Origin: Azolla caroliniana
Lineage: Eukaryota; Plantae; Polypodiophyta
Assembly: GCA_043228905.1 (NCBI GenBank)
Contig: JBHGNT010000007.1
Span: forward strand, 2,108,001-2,172,000
Direction of reading: 5' to 3'
Length of the DNA stretch: 64,000 bases
Under the pieces are notes generated by a model. That model saw only the letters and a program-made list of their open reading frames with translations. It ran no database searches and was not told the DNA's origin. Below are positions 40,122-53,420 of the stretch, one piece after another. A program made the translations under genes and the position numbers. Within the stretch, counting starts at the first letter, position 1, and every line of letters begins with the position of its first letter.

Positions 40122-42925
40122 TCAGCCTTATTTCTGTTTTTCCATATGCTATTTTTCTCTGTATCATGCTCTGTTTTTCCTCTTTGTCTCTAAGCCTTTT
40201 TGTCTCGCTGTTTTGACTTAGAATGAAAGGAAGAGTTCTTGCTTAAATGTATAGCACTTTCGCTATCACAATACAAAATGTATGTTTCTTGAATTAGCCC
40301 CAACTCTTGTAGGAATTTCTTAAGCCATAGTAATTCCTTACTGGCTTCTATGGCAACAATATATTCAGTCTACATTGTGGATAATGCCACACACTTTTGC
40401 AGTCTCGACTGCCAAGAGACAACCCCCCCACAAAGATCATTAGGTACCCTGATGTAGATTTTCTAGAGTCAATATCACCAGCTAAATCTGCATCTGTATA
40501 CCTATCTAATATAGTTTGTTTTTCACCAAATTTTAGACAGACTCTTGTGGTACCTCTCAAATATCTCAGATTCATCCATTTCACTGCTTCCTAGTGATCT
40601 TTGCCAGGGTTCGTGAGAAAATGGCTCAGTACACCAACTGTATGAGCAATGTTCAGCCTTGTGCATACCATACCATACATTAAACTGCCGACTGTAGATG
40701 CATTTGGTATTTGTTTCATTCTCTCTTGCTCTTCCTCACTTGTGAGCATTGAACTAAACTGAGTTTAAAGTGGCCCACGAGTGGAGTGTTAACATGCTTA
40801 CACTTGAACATGTTAAATCTCTCAAGAACTTTCTCAATATACTGTTCTTGAGATAGCCATAACATTTTGCTCACTCTATCCCTAGTTATCTTCATCCCAA
40901 GGATTTGCTTGGCTGGTCCTAAGTCTTTCATAGCAAAAGATTGACTCAACTCTCTTTTTAGCTTTTCAATCTTGTTCATGTTTCGACCAACAATCAACAT
41001 ATCATCTACATATAGAAGTAGAATAACAAAGTCATTATTTGAGAACTTCTTAAAAAACACATAGTGACCTGTGTTTGTCCTGTTATAACTTATACTCATG
41101 GCTCAACATGAAGGAGTCAGACTTTTTATATTGGAGTCTATGAGCTTGTTTTAGGCCTTACAAGGTCTTCTTCAACTCACATATCAGGTTTTCCTTTCCT
41201 TTGACTCCAAATCCCTCGGGTTGCTCCATGTAGATTTCCTCTTCCTACTCACCATGAAGGAAGGCAATTTTTACATTGAGTTGTTCAATTTCTAGATTGA
41301 GATTGGTTGTGATCCCAAGCACAACGCTAATAGAGGACATCTTTACTACTGGTGAGAAAATATCCTTGAAATCAACGCTCTTTTCCTGGTTGAACCCCTT
41401 CACGACCAATCTTGCCTTGTATCTTGGTTGTAAGCAATGTTCCTCAACTTTGAGCCTAAAAACCCATTTGTTTTTCAGTGCTCTCTTTCCCTTAGGCAAC
41501 TTTACTAGATCATAGGCATGATTTTCTGGCAAAGACCTCATCTCATCATTCATGGCCTCAACCCATTTCTCCTTATGATCATGTGCCATAGCTTCTTGAA
41601 AGCTCTATGTCTCTCCTCCATATGTAAGCAATACACTCATGTGGATTGTATCTAGTTGAAGGTCGTCGTTGTCTTATAGACCTTCTCACCCCTTCCACTT
41701 CTGGTGGAGCTGCTGAAACATCATCAGTCTGCTCACCTACGGTCTGATGATCATGATCTTGTTCATTATCCTCATCAGGACCATCATCAACTGCATCATC
41801 AACCGTATCCTGATAGTCTTCTACGTTTCCACCTTGACCGTGTATGTCCTGGGCAGGAGTTGGATTGTTGGTGATTGTAGGATCAAGGGTGATCTTTGGC
41901 ATCTCCTTTGGCTCTGGATCCTGCAAGGTCTGATCCTCAAGGAATACCACATCCCTACTTTTAATAACCTTCTTCTCGACTGGGTCATAAAGTCTATAGC
42001 CAAATTCCTCATGACCATATCCTAAAAATATGCATGGTTTGCATTTTTCATCAAGTTTGGATCTTTCATCTTTTGGGATATGGACATAAGCCTTGCAACC
42101 AAACACTCTTAAGTGCTTGTATGACACCTCCTTACCTGTGCACGGCCTCTCGGGTACATCATCATCCAAAGGGACTCATGGGGATAGAATTATCTGGTCA
42201 ACGACAATCCTCATTGCTTCACCTCAAAAATATTTAGGCAATTTTGAGTGGGATAGCAATTTTGAGTGAGTTTGCAACCAGTGTTTGTGGTTAGAATTAT
42301 ATTTCCTATGCCAACAACCTTTGTTATGTCGTGGTTAGCCATTTTGACTTTGCCAAAGTCACCACTGACATATGTCGAGAACATCTCCCGATATGGAGTA
42401 ACGTGATACGAGGCTCCCGAGTCAATAATCCAATCAGTCTATTGGAATGCTAAGCTGACACAAGCATCATCACAAGCAATGACAATGTCGCCATCACAAG
42501 TGACTGTAGTGGGGTCATTGCTCTTATTGTCGGTGGTTCCTTTCTTTTGGTCTTTCTTTTTCTTCCAATAGTCTCTCTCATAATGGTATGGACCACCACA
42601 ATAACAACATGAAAAATCTTTCTTGAAGTCTTTTCTACTTCTAGATTTAGACCTCCCCTTAGAATCTATTTTTGTGATTTTGTGGACCCCTAGCATGGCT
42701 CCTTGCTCTAGAGGAGTTGTTTTCTATGACTAACACTTTATGGTCTAAGTTGAACTCATGCTCCTTTTATCGTGCTTCTTCATGTAGAAGACTCGACTTA
42801 AGCATGTCCAATGTTAGCTCCTTTTGTTGTGTTGTAGTCCCAAGCGTCACAACAAAGGTTTCCCAACTATCTAGGAGAGAGCCTAACAATAACAAGGTCA
42901 ACACATCATTTGCTAGAGGTATATC
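39630..42925 (-). mobile_element. Decayed Copia (Tnt1/Tork-like) with 3' LTR and internal deletions
   Basis: Gag LLLGSLLDSWETFVV, CCYCGGPYH, RVFGCKAYVHIPK, RYKARLVVKGF, LLYVDDMLI, YTDADLAGD; LTR-like sequence about 39630-40250. Confidence 0.9.
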
Positions 42926-43545
42926 TAGAGAGATAGTTTGAATTATTATTAACAGAAAACAGAGAGAGAGAGAGAGAAACAGAAATCGAAAGAGTGAGCA
43001 AGAGGAAGAGTGAACTACTGTCACAAATACAGACACCTACGAGGGGTTGTTCGTGCTATCGAAGAACCACGATTGAACAACACATGTCCTATCTACTTGT
43101 TTCAGGTTTCTTTGTTTTATGTTTTCCTAGTTTCTGTTTTCTTTGGTTTTCTATCCATCCAATTGGGTGAGGAATTATAATCTGGATCATTGTTGTATCC
43201 ACCCAATCGGGTGAAGATTGTAGCCAAGGCTGTTGTCTTGAGGCTAGGAAATTTTTCTCGTCAAAACCTAGAGAGTCCGTACTCCTTTGTACCCACTATT
43301 GTCTAGTCGGGGTTGTTGCCTTGAAGTAGATACATTCCTCTAGTGAGGTCGTATTTCATTGCACTCCAAATTATAGTGAAGTTGTTTGGAACCTACGGTT
43401 CCCGTGGTTTTTCCCTATTTTGGGTTTTCCACGTTAAAAATCTTGGTGTACTCTCATTTTCGTCTTGTGGTTTCATCTATTGTTTATCAAGTGTTAATTT
43501 TGTTTGAAATTTTAATTATCCCGATTCCGCTCCATATTCCCAACA
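42926..43545 (+). mobile_element. Related LTR in opposite orientation, fused to truncated gag
   Basis: 43385-43480 is the reverse complement of 39660-39755; ends CCCAACA at 43545. Confidence 0.75.
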
Positions 43546-43620
43546 AGTATATATATATATGGTTCTATATATAGATATTGTAGAAATCCTAAATCATTGA
43601 TGCCTCGAATGATCATATAG

Positions 43621-43932
43621 CGTTCAATTCTGATGATTACTCTCAACGTCTACTCATTCTCCGCCATGTTATTCTTTCATAGCTCGACATTCAAAGACCC
43701 GGGAACGCTTCCTACCATTTTGTTATCTTGTGTCTTGTTATCGAACTATCTGTCCATTACCTTCTATTTTGATGTTGGGCGCAATTGTCTGTATGTAATC
43801 TTTGTCATGAACAACATACATCGTAGTGGTTCGGATGCGCTTGAGACTTACCATCAATATGTGACCACTGCCATTTCTAAAGCATTGCAGAACTAGTCTC
43901 ATGGGTTGAGAGTGTTCTTGTATGTCTGGTGT
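43621..43932 (+). pseudogene. DUF599-like copy 4: exon 1 lost, premature stop, C-terminus deleted
   Basis: Acceptor catatAG|CGT TCA ATT CTG ATG; TAG at 43894-43896; similarity stops at (TA)n after YVWC. Confidence 0.87.
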
Positions 43933-43963
43933 TATATATATATATATATATATGAGTTTGTAA

Positions 43964-46900
43964 ATGAATGGGGGCCGGCACAGAACGTTAGTATTGGCGG
44001 GAGTCGATATTTCATCTCCTTCATCGACGACTATATGCGGCACACGTGGATCTATGTCATTGAGAAGAAGAGTGAAGTCTTTGACTATTTCTAGGACCTC
44101 AAGAGTTTCGTCGAAAGGGAAACAGGAAGAAAGATCAAGTGCCTATGGTCGGATGGTGGAAAAGAGTACTTTTCCAGTCAATTCAACGGGTATCTGCAAC
44201 ATACGGGAATTCGGCGCGAATTCAGTTTCAGATATACGCTGGAGCAAAACGGCGTGGCCGAAAGGAAGAATCGGTAGATTGTAGAAGCAGCGCGGGCAAT
44301 GCTGAAAGAAAAGAGCTTGCCCAAGTTTTATTGGGCCGAGGCGGTACGGACCGTGGTGTACATCCAGAATCGGATCGGAGAAAAAGTGTCGGCGCATGAG
44401 CTGTATTTCGGAAGGAAGCCGAATCTACGACACTTGAGAGTTTTCCGTAGCATTGCGTATGTGCATGTACCGAAGGAGAAGCAAAGGAAGCTGGACACAA
44501 AAGCTGAGAAGTGTATCCTAGTCGGCTATTCGGATGAACAGAAGGGTTATAAGTGCTATAACCCGCGAACCAAACAAGCTCGCGTGAGCCGCAACGTTGT
44601 GTTTGACGAGTTCGCGTCCTGGTACTTGCCTCCGACTCCGGACCTCAACTCCAATCCGAGTTCTGACAATGAGGTCAACGAGGCTGAAGTGCCTCCAGAT
44701 GAGGGTGAAATTGGGACCCTCGAAGAGAGTCCAATCTCGTTTCGATTAAGTGGACCAAAAGGAAGACTGAGTCGGTTTGACCAATCCGAAGAAGAGCCGG
44801 CGAGTAGTGGAGACTCGGTCGTGTATTCCTCGCGCAGGAAGCCGAGGAGATGGCTTATGCGCAAGGAAAAAGGGAAGAAGTAGGTGTCAGATTACGACAC
44901 GGATAGGAACGAGTTGGATCGACGCAAGTCCGACTCCGAGGGAAGTGATGATGGGTCTTCGAGAGCGAAGTCCGTGTCGGCCAAGAAAGCCTCAACATCG
45001 GCTAATGAGCAATTACGCCGATCTACCCGCCAGAAGAACCTTGTTGTGCGGTTCGGATACAATGAGTACATGGCGCATCACTATGCGTACATGACCCGTG
45101 TAGCGGAAGTGCGTGAGCCGGAGAGCTACGCAGAAGCGGCGAAGGACGCGAATTGGCGTGCCGCAATGGAGGAAGAGATGCACGCATTGGCAGAAAATGA
45201 AACCTGGAACCTAATTGATGCACCGAAAGGTGTGAAGCCGATCGGATGTAGGTGGGTGTACAAGGTCAAGTACAACATCAACGGCTCGGTCAACCGATAC
45301 AAGGCTCGGTTAGTAGCGAAAGACTACGCGCAGCAACATGCAACGATTGCATCGGATGGGTTTTGCAACGTCAAAATCAGACTCCTCACTGTTCATCCGG
45401 AAAGGTCGACTCGGGCCGATTAGTATTTTACTTTATGTTGATGACTTGGTCATCACAGGCGCCGACCTAGGTGAAATTAACCGCGTAAAGCTCCAGCTCG
45501 CAGTATCATTCGACATGAACAATCTAGGGGACCTTCATTACTTCCTCGGGATCGAAGTGATCCGTAACCCCGAAGGCATACTGATCAGCCAACGACATTA
45601 CGTGATGAGAATGCTCTTCAAATTCGGGATGGCCGACTGTAAGTCCGTCTCGACTCCTCTGAATACAACCGTCAAGCTTTGCCCCAATTCCGGAAAGGTA
45701 TGCGACCGACGAGGTTCCGACAGATAGTCGGAAGCCTTATATACATGACCATCACCCGACCAGATCTCAATTACCCGGTCGGGGTGATTAGTAAGTTCAT
45801 GGGGCGACCTATCGAGGAGCACCTTCAGTGTGCGCAACGCGTACTGCGGTACGTAAGCGGCACTAAGGATCGGGAGCTACTATATTGAACCGGTACATCC
45901 ACGCAGTTGGTCGGCTACACCGATGTCGATTGGGCCGGCAACGTCGCCGATCGCCGATCCACGTACGGCTTCGCGTTCTCTCTTGGGAGTGTCGCGATCG
46001 TGTGGAGTAGCAAGAAGCAGCCGACAGTTGCATTGTCGAGCACCGAAGCCGAGTATAGAGGAGTTGTTGTCGCGACATGCGAAGCGATATGGTTGAAGCG
46101 GCTACTTAAGGATCTGCAAGTGGAGGTATCCGATCCAACGACAATCTAGTGCGACAACCTCAGCAGCATCCAGCTAGCAAAGAACCCCGTCTTCCATGCC
46201 CAGACTAAGCACATTGAGGTGCACTACCATTTCGTCTGTGAGTGTGTCCTCTCCGTTGAAGTCGAACTTCAGTATGTTCCGACGGTTCGGCAGACCCCCG
46301 ACATCTTCACCAAGCCTCTTGGTCTAGACAAGTTACTACAATTCTCGGGTGTGCTTGGGTTGCGTCACCTCGACGTGCCGAACTTGAGGGGGAGAGACGT
46401 CCCAGATGACCACACAAGGCAGCAGGAAAAGAGCAGAAAAGACCATGACGTTGAGTCAGATGACGAATTCGACTTCGGATCGGTTGAAGAAACCGAGGGC
46501 GGATCCGCGAAAGAGTTCAAAAGCGGACGTGAGGGCAGCAGCCGAAAGAAAGACTCGATGCCAACCAAGCGTGGGGGCGACGAAGCCATCAAGGGCGAGA
46601 AGACCGAAGACGAGTTGGAGATAGCCAACTCAGACGAAAGTGAAAACTGATCGGAGGAAGCCGAGTCTGTTCGGATGTTTGATTCGGATACGCCGAATCA
46701 ACTGAGGGCCAAGTGGAAGAGAAGGCAGCAGAAGAAGTGCCAACACCACGACAACAACGGAGCCAAGAAGGGCCGCACAAGCACGCAAGCCGACCGGAAG
46801 GGTCGAGGCGCGTGGAATCGAACAAGTCGAGGAGCGCGAGCAAGGCGTGAAGCCTGAAGGAACCGGAGCGTAGATCCGGAAGAGCGGATGGAACCTCAAG

Positions 46901-47509
46901 TTGAGCTTGAGGGGGAGTGTTCAGATACAAGCTCAACATTGGCCGAATCGGCTGTGTAAGCCAAGAACTGGATCTGTTGGGATCGATTGGTTAGGCCAGA
47001 CCGGTGCGTAGACCGGTGCGCAACGAGAAGTCGTAGAGGTACGTAAACTGCGAGGCCGTAGGAAAGATATTCCGCGTAGGAATATAGTGTTGAGATACAA
47101 GCTCAACATTGGCCGAATCGGCTGTGTAAGCCAAGAACCGGATCGGTTGGGATCGATTGGTTAGGCCGGACCGGTGCGTAGACCGGTGCGCAACGAGAAG
47201 TTGTAGAGGTACGTAAACCGCGAGGCCGTTGGAAAGATATTCCACGTAGGAATATATTTTGGGAGTTAGTGTAGAGCTCACTTATGAGCATTGAAGTACG
47301 TGTAAGTACTTCTATTAGTCCGTATGGACTTGTATAAAAGTGCTCATTGAGCACATCCTATGTATAGACTGAGTATTTTTTTTTAATTGAGTTTGTGTGC
47401 ATTCTCTCTCTCTTTGTCTCTTCCACATACTGTGTATATTGAAGCTCTCCATTAAACCTTCGTTTCTGTGTTCGGTTTTCTATTGCTTCCGCACTCTATT
47501 CTTTTTACA
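43964..47509 (+). mobile_element. 5'-deleted Copia: integrase, RT, RNase H, 3' extension and 3' LTR 46918-47509
   Basis: [33 protein letters not shown]; PPT GAGGGGGAG ending 46917; LTR TGTT...TACA; host sequence resumes at 47510. Confidence 0.93.
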
Positions 47510-49360
47510 ATGTATAAGTGGTTTAAGCTTGTTCTTGTCATTTATAGAACTTAAGGGGTTTAGATTTGGTTGAGTTGGGGCTTTACATTTGATCAACTAG
47601 TTTGTTGTGGTAGCAGTTGTATAAAGGCTATATGCTTAGTAACTACTAGTTGCCTAAGAAGATGATTAGTATGTGTAGTATGTTATGTTTATGTATTGTA
47701 TTTATGTATGTATTGTATGTATGTATGTATGTTATGTATGTCTCAAGATAAAAAGCCAAAAAGTTTAGAAATCACTCCAGATTTCAAGTTGCAAGAATCA
47801 CTTCTTTCTTGAGGCTCTTTGGGTACCTACATTTTAATTCTTATTCTTAACACAAATCTAAAAATAAAATATGCCATTTGAATAGGTGTTGCAATCTCTC
47901 ACCCGTTGGGTACTGGCTCGCAGATAGTTCTTATCAGAGTGCTTGATACGATGGTAGCATATCAAGTACCCTGCTAGTAGAACAAATCATAAACAATCAT
48001 AGATAGAAGAAACAACCCTTTAGATGTAATGAATGGCGGAGGTATAATGCCAATCAAGATAGTCACTCACTGTTAGAGTTAGCCTTATCCATTGGTGTAT
48101 TGTCCGGCCGCCCATGTCTGAAACCAAGATGAGATGCCTCACGCTTCCTTTGCTCTTCCGAATGATTGTCAATTAGGCTTCCTTCGTCTCGTTTAAATTC
48201 ATTTCTACCCATAATATTTGTCATCAATGAGAAAGTGGCGGACAAAACCGAGTCGGACATGGTACATTCGCACTAAGAACCCATGGGTATCTCGTAGTTT
48301 TCAAGTGGCAGATTCGTGGGCAATGTGAGCAATCCCTTTCTCGTAGATTACAAGTGTATGGAATTTAGACTCTTTTACTAGATCACTCAGGGCTCACCAC
48401 AATAGCAATTACACATTGGTTGCTTCATGGGCATTAAAAGCAATCCCTCTACCCGAGATACAAGTGTTTGGGTAAAGATGGGTTGATAGAGGTCAACTTT
48501 TATAGTTCTTGCCAAGGCCTTCATGCACTACGACAACTAGCTTCCTCACCGTCAAGTTCTTACACCTACTAAAAGCCTTCGAGAGGGATCATTAACAACA
48601 CATCACATTGTTGATGCACCATTAAATGAAAGGTTGATTGGTCGAAATTGGCGAAAATTCACCTCGAAACTTATCTTGGCTATCTACAAAAAGAAAATTA
48701 ACAACATTAGGTCGTAATAGCTAATGAAGGTAGCAAAAAGGGACATGCACAAGAAATGCGTTGCATAATGATGTGTATTGTGATGCGTCAACATGGTGAC
48801 ATGCCTAACAAAGGCATCGTATAGTGATGCGATTTTTTTTCAATTTATTATTTATTTTAAAAATATAAGAGAAAGGGGACGCATAATCCCCCTTTCCACA
48901 TATCGACCATTCCTCTCGGCATTGATGAAGAGCAGCAAAGTGACATCGAGAGCAACACACCAACATCGAGCTTTTGTCGTTACCCATCAACGGTTAGGGT
49001 TAGGGTTAGGGTTGTTTACTTTTAACACATAAAAATGCACACACACACATGCACAAAAATTAACATTCAAATCGATGAGGTTCCACATTAGATGGAATCA
49101 TCGAGCCCCTTGTGGGGTTTGTATAGAATATTCACAACTATAAAATTTTATAGGTAATAGGAGTTTCTTGTTTTGGGAAAGAAAACATTGTTATAAATAA
49201 ATTAGCACTCACATATCCACAATTATTAGAGATTGTTTAGGATTAGTATTAAGGCTAATTGACCATAGAAACTCATAAATATTAGGAATTCACATACCTA
49301 TACAGTCTAGTTAACATTCAATGAAATTAACAATTCATACACATACACATACATATATGT
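47510..49360 (+). repeat. Shared 3'-flank block, + orientation
   Basis: Matches 295-1040 and 15880-17650; reverse complement of parts of 52290-53160. Confidence 0.85.
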
Positions 49361-49399
49361 ATATGCACATGCCATGATGGGGAAGGACGGGCGAGGCCA

Positions 49400-49464
49400 T
49401 AGAAACAAGGAGGGCGTGGGGCAACTAATTATGGAAAAATGATATTACTTTCACAACAATGTCT
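49400..49464 (-). other. Relic of the upstream region of a lost minus-strand array copy
   Basis: agggcgtggggcaactaattatggaaaaatgatatt...ttcacaac matches 54280-54345, just upstream of copy 5. Confidence 0.55.
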
Positions 49465-50284
49465 AGCAATGAGCACGGTTTTGACTCAAACCGAACTGAA
49501 TTGTTAAACCGTGGCTTATCGGCTTGTCAATTCAAATTTAAATAGATAGTTTGGTTTGGTTTAAAAAGTGAGTTCAGTTCGGTTCAGTTTTGATTTTAAT
49601 GGGTTACTGGTTTTGGTTTATGTGGTTCGGTTTGTAGGTTTAAACTGTTGAGTATGTGAGGAAGAGTGAGAAACACACAAGAGGCACACACAAGAAGCTC
49701 AAACAAAGAAGCACTCATACAAGGAAGACAATGGTTGGAATAGCTCTCTCTATTGATGAATGATACAAAAAATAATAGGAGCTGAAATATATATCCCTAA
49801 GTACTAAGTACCACCACATATGAGTGACTCATGTATGTGGTAACATGGGGAAAAACCTCTAGCCAGCACTAGAGTAAAAAGTGCCCATGTATAGGGAAAA
49901 ATGGTTCACATCAAAGCTACTCGAGGAACACGTAAGTGTAACATAAACATACCCCTAAAATTTCTCTTTAGTCTCCCTATTTTATGAACTTTGTAAGTTT
50001 CAATTTTAAAACCTACTATCGAACAGAAGGGAAGTGCATTGCGTAGGCAGTAGCGGCCACTTCATCGCTCTTCTAATCATTCTCTTTTCTTCACACCTCC
50101 ATTGTTACCGGCTTAAGGAAACACAATGTCGGATACTCATACGTCTGTATCCGACTCAAGGTTTTGTGGTTAGGGAAGGGTAGTATGGTTGCGTCGCTTA
50201 GGGAGATCCTATCCAAGTGATACATGTATGAATCGAATCGAGTGTGACTATGGTGACTGTGGAGATCGCCCCATGTGGGCTACA
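49465..50284. mobile_element. Patch of TE fragments (hAT-like end, then LTR-like sequence)
   Basis: TAGCAATGAGCACGG followed by AACCG/CGGTT repeats; TGTTGAG at 49646; GGGCTACA at about 50284; no TSD found. Confidence 0.4.
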
Positions 50285-50371
50285 ATCGACTGGTTACGAA
50301 CACGCTATACTCACTTGCCTTTGGAAATTATATTACCAAAACAATAAAGAATTTATGAATTCTTGTATGTC

Positions 50372-50477
50372 AATTTAGCTTGTTACTTTAGTATAAGGTC
50401 AAATATGACCAACTTTGCTTGTTACTTGAGTATAAGTTCAAACGTGACCAACTTTGCTTGTTACTTGAGTATAAGTG
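50372..50477. repeat. 39-bp tandem repeat, about 2.7 copies
   Basis: AACTTTGCTTGTTACTTGAGTATAAGTTCAAACGTGACC-like units. Confidence 0.9.
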
Positions 50478-52208
50478 TCTCAAAGCTCTGTTTCTTTCAT
50501 TGGTTACGACATGTATACATATTCTTATCACAAAACAACAAAAAATCTGCCACTTTGATCAGTACTTGATACGACGATGGAACAAAATTAATAACGAACG
50601 ATCATAGATATGAATCTAAGAAACCCTAATTACTATACACGGGTACTCGCGTATGAAACCCACATCTGTGGAGTATTCCATCGACCATAAGTATCTGTGT
50701 AATGTTTAGACCATGATAGCTATGCATGCAGATACCTCTGTCTTCATCAACAACGATCGCATGATCCTTTGAATCGTAGGTATTGATTGGGGTAGAATAA
50801 TTTGGGGGAATTTAGGATACTACGCACCAGGTGTACCTGTAATAATCATCTAGACTAGTGCAACGACAAGAGATGGAGTGGTCTGTCGCTCCATCTTCTT
50901 GGAATCAAATTGTCTCTGAAATGGCAGTCTCGATATTCTTTCTATATTTGGGTGAGGATTCATGTAAATAGCTCATTAAATTTGGGAACTGTGTGCGTAT
51001 ACCCTTAGAAAAAGCATCCCATCTACAAACAGAAATCATACAAAGAGACAGTTTCTGTAATGGGGGATCTATGCTTAGATTCAAGGTCCTTGCCAGCGTC
51101 GAGGATTGAAGGAAAGTATCCCATCTTCTCATCAACAGGTGCAACAGAAATAAATCAGTGGTATGAAGCATCTTGATATCTTCTTCTGATCAAAAGGTAA
51201 CCACCTCTTTTGTTGACCGTTTCCTTCCTTCTTCTTCTTTTGTATTGATTTGATTTGTCCGGCTGCCCAAGTGTGAAATGGGACATGTCTCTCGTCCTCT
51301 CTCTACTCTTCCAAATGACTGACAATCAGGCTTCATTTTCGTTTCATTTCTACGCATAATATTTGTCATTAATGAGAACTTGTTGGACAAAACCGAGAAG
51401 GACATGGTACCTTCGTTGGAACGTGCCTCCTCATATTCAAATGTTTTATATAACTTTTGTGTATTTGTTCCAATGTATTCGTGCATATGTTCACTTCCCT
51501 AATTATATTACGATAATGGCAAAGCTACAAATGTTGTGATTTTGAATCGGTTACAAAAGTTTACTTGAAGTGTACTACTGTCTCTTCATGTCGTATTAGT
51601 AAGGGTGTAGTTAATATTTTGGTTGTGAAACTTTGTTTAAACTAAATTCATATCTCCGCGTAAATTTAATAATCATCAAACTGTAGAGTCAGGACTTCCA
51701 AACTATAGCAATCAAGCTTGTCTCTCATTCGAGACGAATTGAAGCAGAGACATGTTACAAGGTAAGAGGGAATGAAGAATGGTTTCCCCCTGCCATAGCC
51801 ATACTCTCAACATTCTTAATGCTTTCGATGTTTGTACTAATAATTTGATTTGTCTAGGCGCCCGAGATGCCAGAATCTAATACCATTTTCATTTGATTTC
51901 TATTTCAATCCTCCCAAGAACTACATCCAAAATCTCCAATCCCTGTGTCATGGTGTATGTGTATCATCGGCCTATCCTCGGTGTATGTATATCATGTATG
52001 TGCTAGATGTGCATGTGGATGTGATTGTTAATTTGTGTATTTGATTGTAAATTTGTGTATTTGGTTGTTTCCCCCCACCAATTACATAGATTTTAAAATC
52101 TTGTAAAATGTTTACACTAATGACAGGATATCTTCTTTCAAATAATAATAACAAATAAATAAAAATTGTGCATGTGGATGTGTGTCTATGTGTGTATGTG
52201 TATGTGTA

Positions 52209-52287
<79 letters not shown>

Positions 52288-53420
52288 GAATGTTACTTTC
52301 ATTGAACCGTTAACTAGTGTGTATAGGTATGTGATTCCTAATGTTTGTGCACTTTTATAGTCAATTAACACTAAAGTCTAATACTAACCCTACGCGTAGC
52401 TCTAATAATTGTGGATGTGTGAGTGCTCATTTCCTTTGAATGTTTTTTTTCGACAACAAAAAACTCTTTCTATTAGTTATAAAATTTTATACTTGTGAAT
52501 GTTATATACAAACCCTAGAAGGGGCTTGATAGTTCTATCTTATGTGCATGCCCATTGCTTTGAATGTTAATTGTTGTGCATATGTGTGTGCAAGGACTTG
52601 GCGATGTGGGTAGTTGGTAGTCACCGTGCATGAAGTTCCACGTACGAAGGAAGGGAGTCTACCCATCTCGAGCCTCCCTCATTGCTTGATCTTTGGCTTA
52701 AGCGTACAATTTACAAATGATAAGGTCTAACCACTGTGTTGGATCATCTGGGAGTACTTTCACAACTTGACCTTTTGGACGTGGAGAGTATTCTTTCTAG
52801 TCAAATGTCTAGCAACTATGTATCGTCCCCGATCAGAAATGGGTCTTTCCATACACTTTTATCTTGGACGGACGGATTGCCTGCAATGCCCATGAATCGG
52901 GTAAATTCCTCTCACTATAACCGTGTTCGGTGCCAAATACTCATGCCCGGGTTTTGGTCCGACACTTTCCTCATTAATGAGAAATATTATGCATAGAAAT
53001 GGAAAGGAAAGGAAGCCTAATTGTGTGTCATTCCAAAGAGTAGAGACTAGAGAGAGCGCAAGAGCGGGAGGCATGTCCGTTTCACACTTGGGCGGCCGGA
53101 CAAATCAAATCAATACAGTACAGCAATGGATTAAGGTGAACTCAAAGATCAATCAATGCTGAGAAGATGGGATAGAAGATTCCCCCAAGTATCTCTGATG
53201 AGCTGCTCTTCTTCTATCCCCGGCACACTCTCGCACGTATGTATCTTTGGATCTCAACCACAGATTTTCTGTTCGTATTAATGCTTTCTTGGAACGAATA
53301 TAACTTAGAGTACATACATCATCGACAAACACAAAAGAAGTCAGCATTACCCACTCTGTATATCAATTTGAACATTTCAAATTTATATACATGAATAATG
53401 GCAAATATATAATATGTGAA
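50478..53420. repeat. Tail-to-tail pair of shared 3'-flank blocks (+ 50478-51420, - 52290-53420)
   Basis: Colinear with 9770-12730; 51245-51400 and 52950-53115 are mutual reverse complements. Confidence 0.85.

Noticed and set aside
48992-49012. TTAGGG telomere-like repeats (also about 17462 and 11711)
   Set aside because: Only 2-3 units inside the duplicated flank block; too short to call an interstitial telomere.
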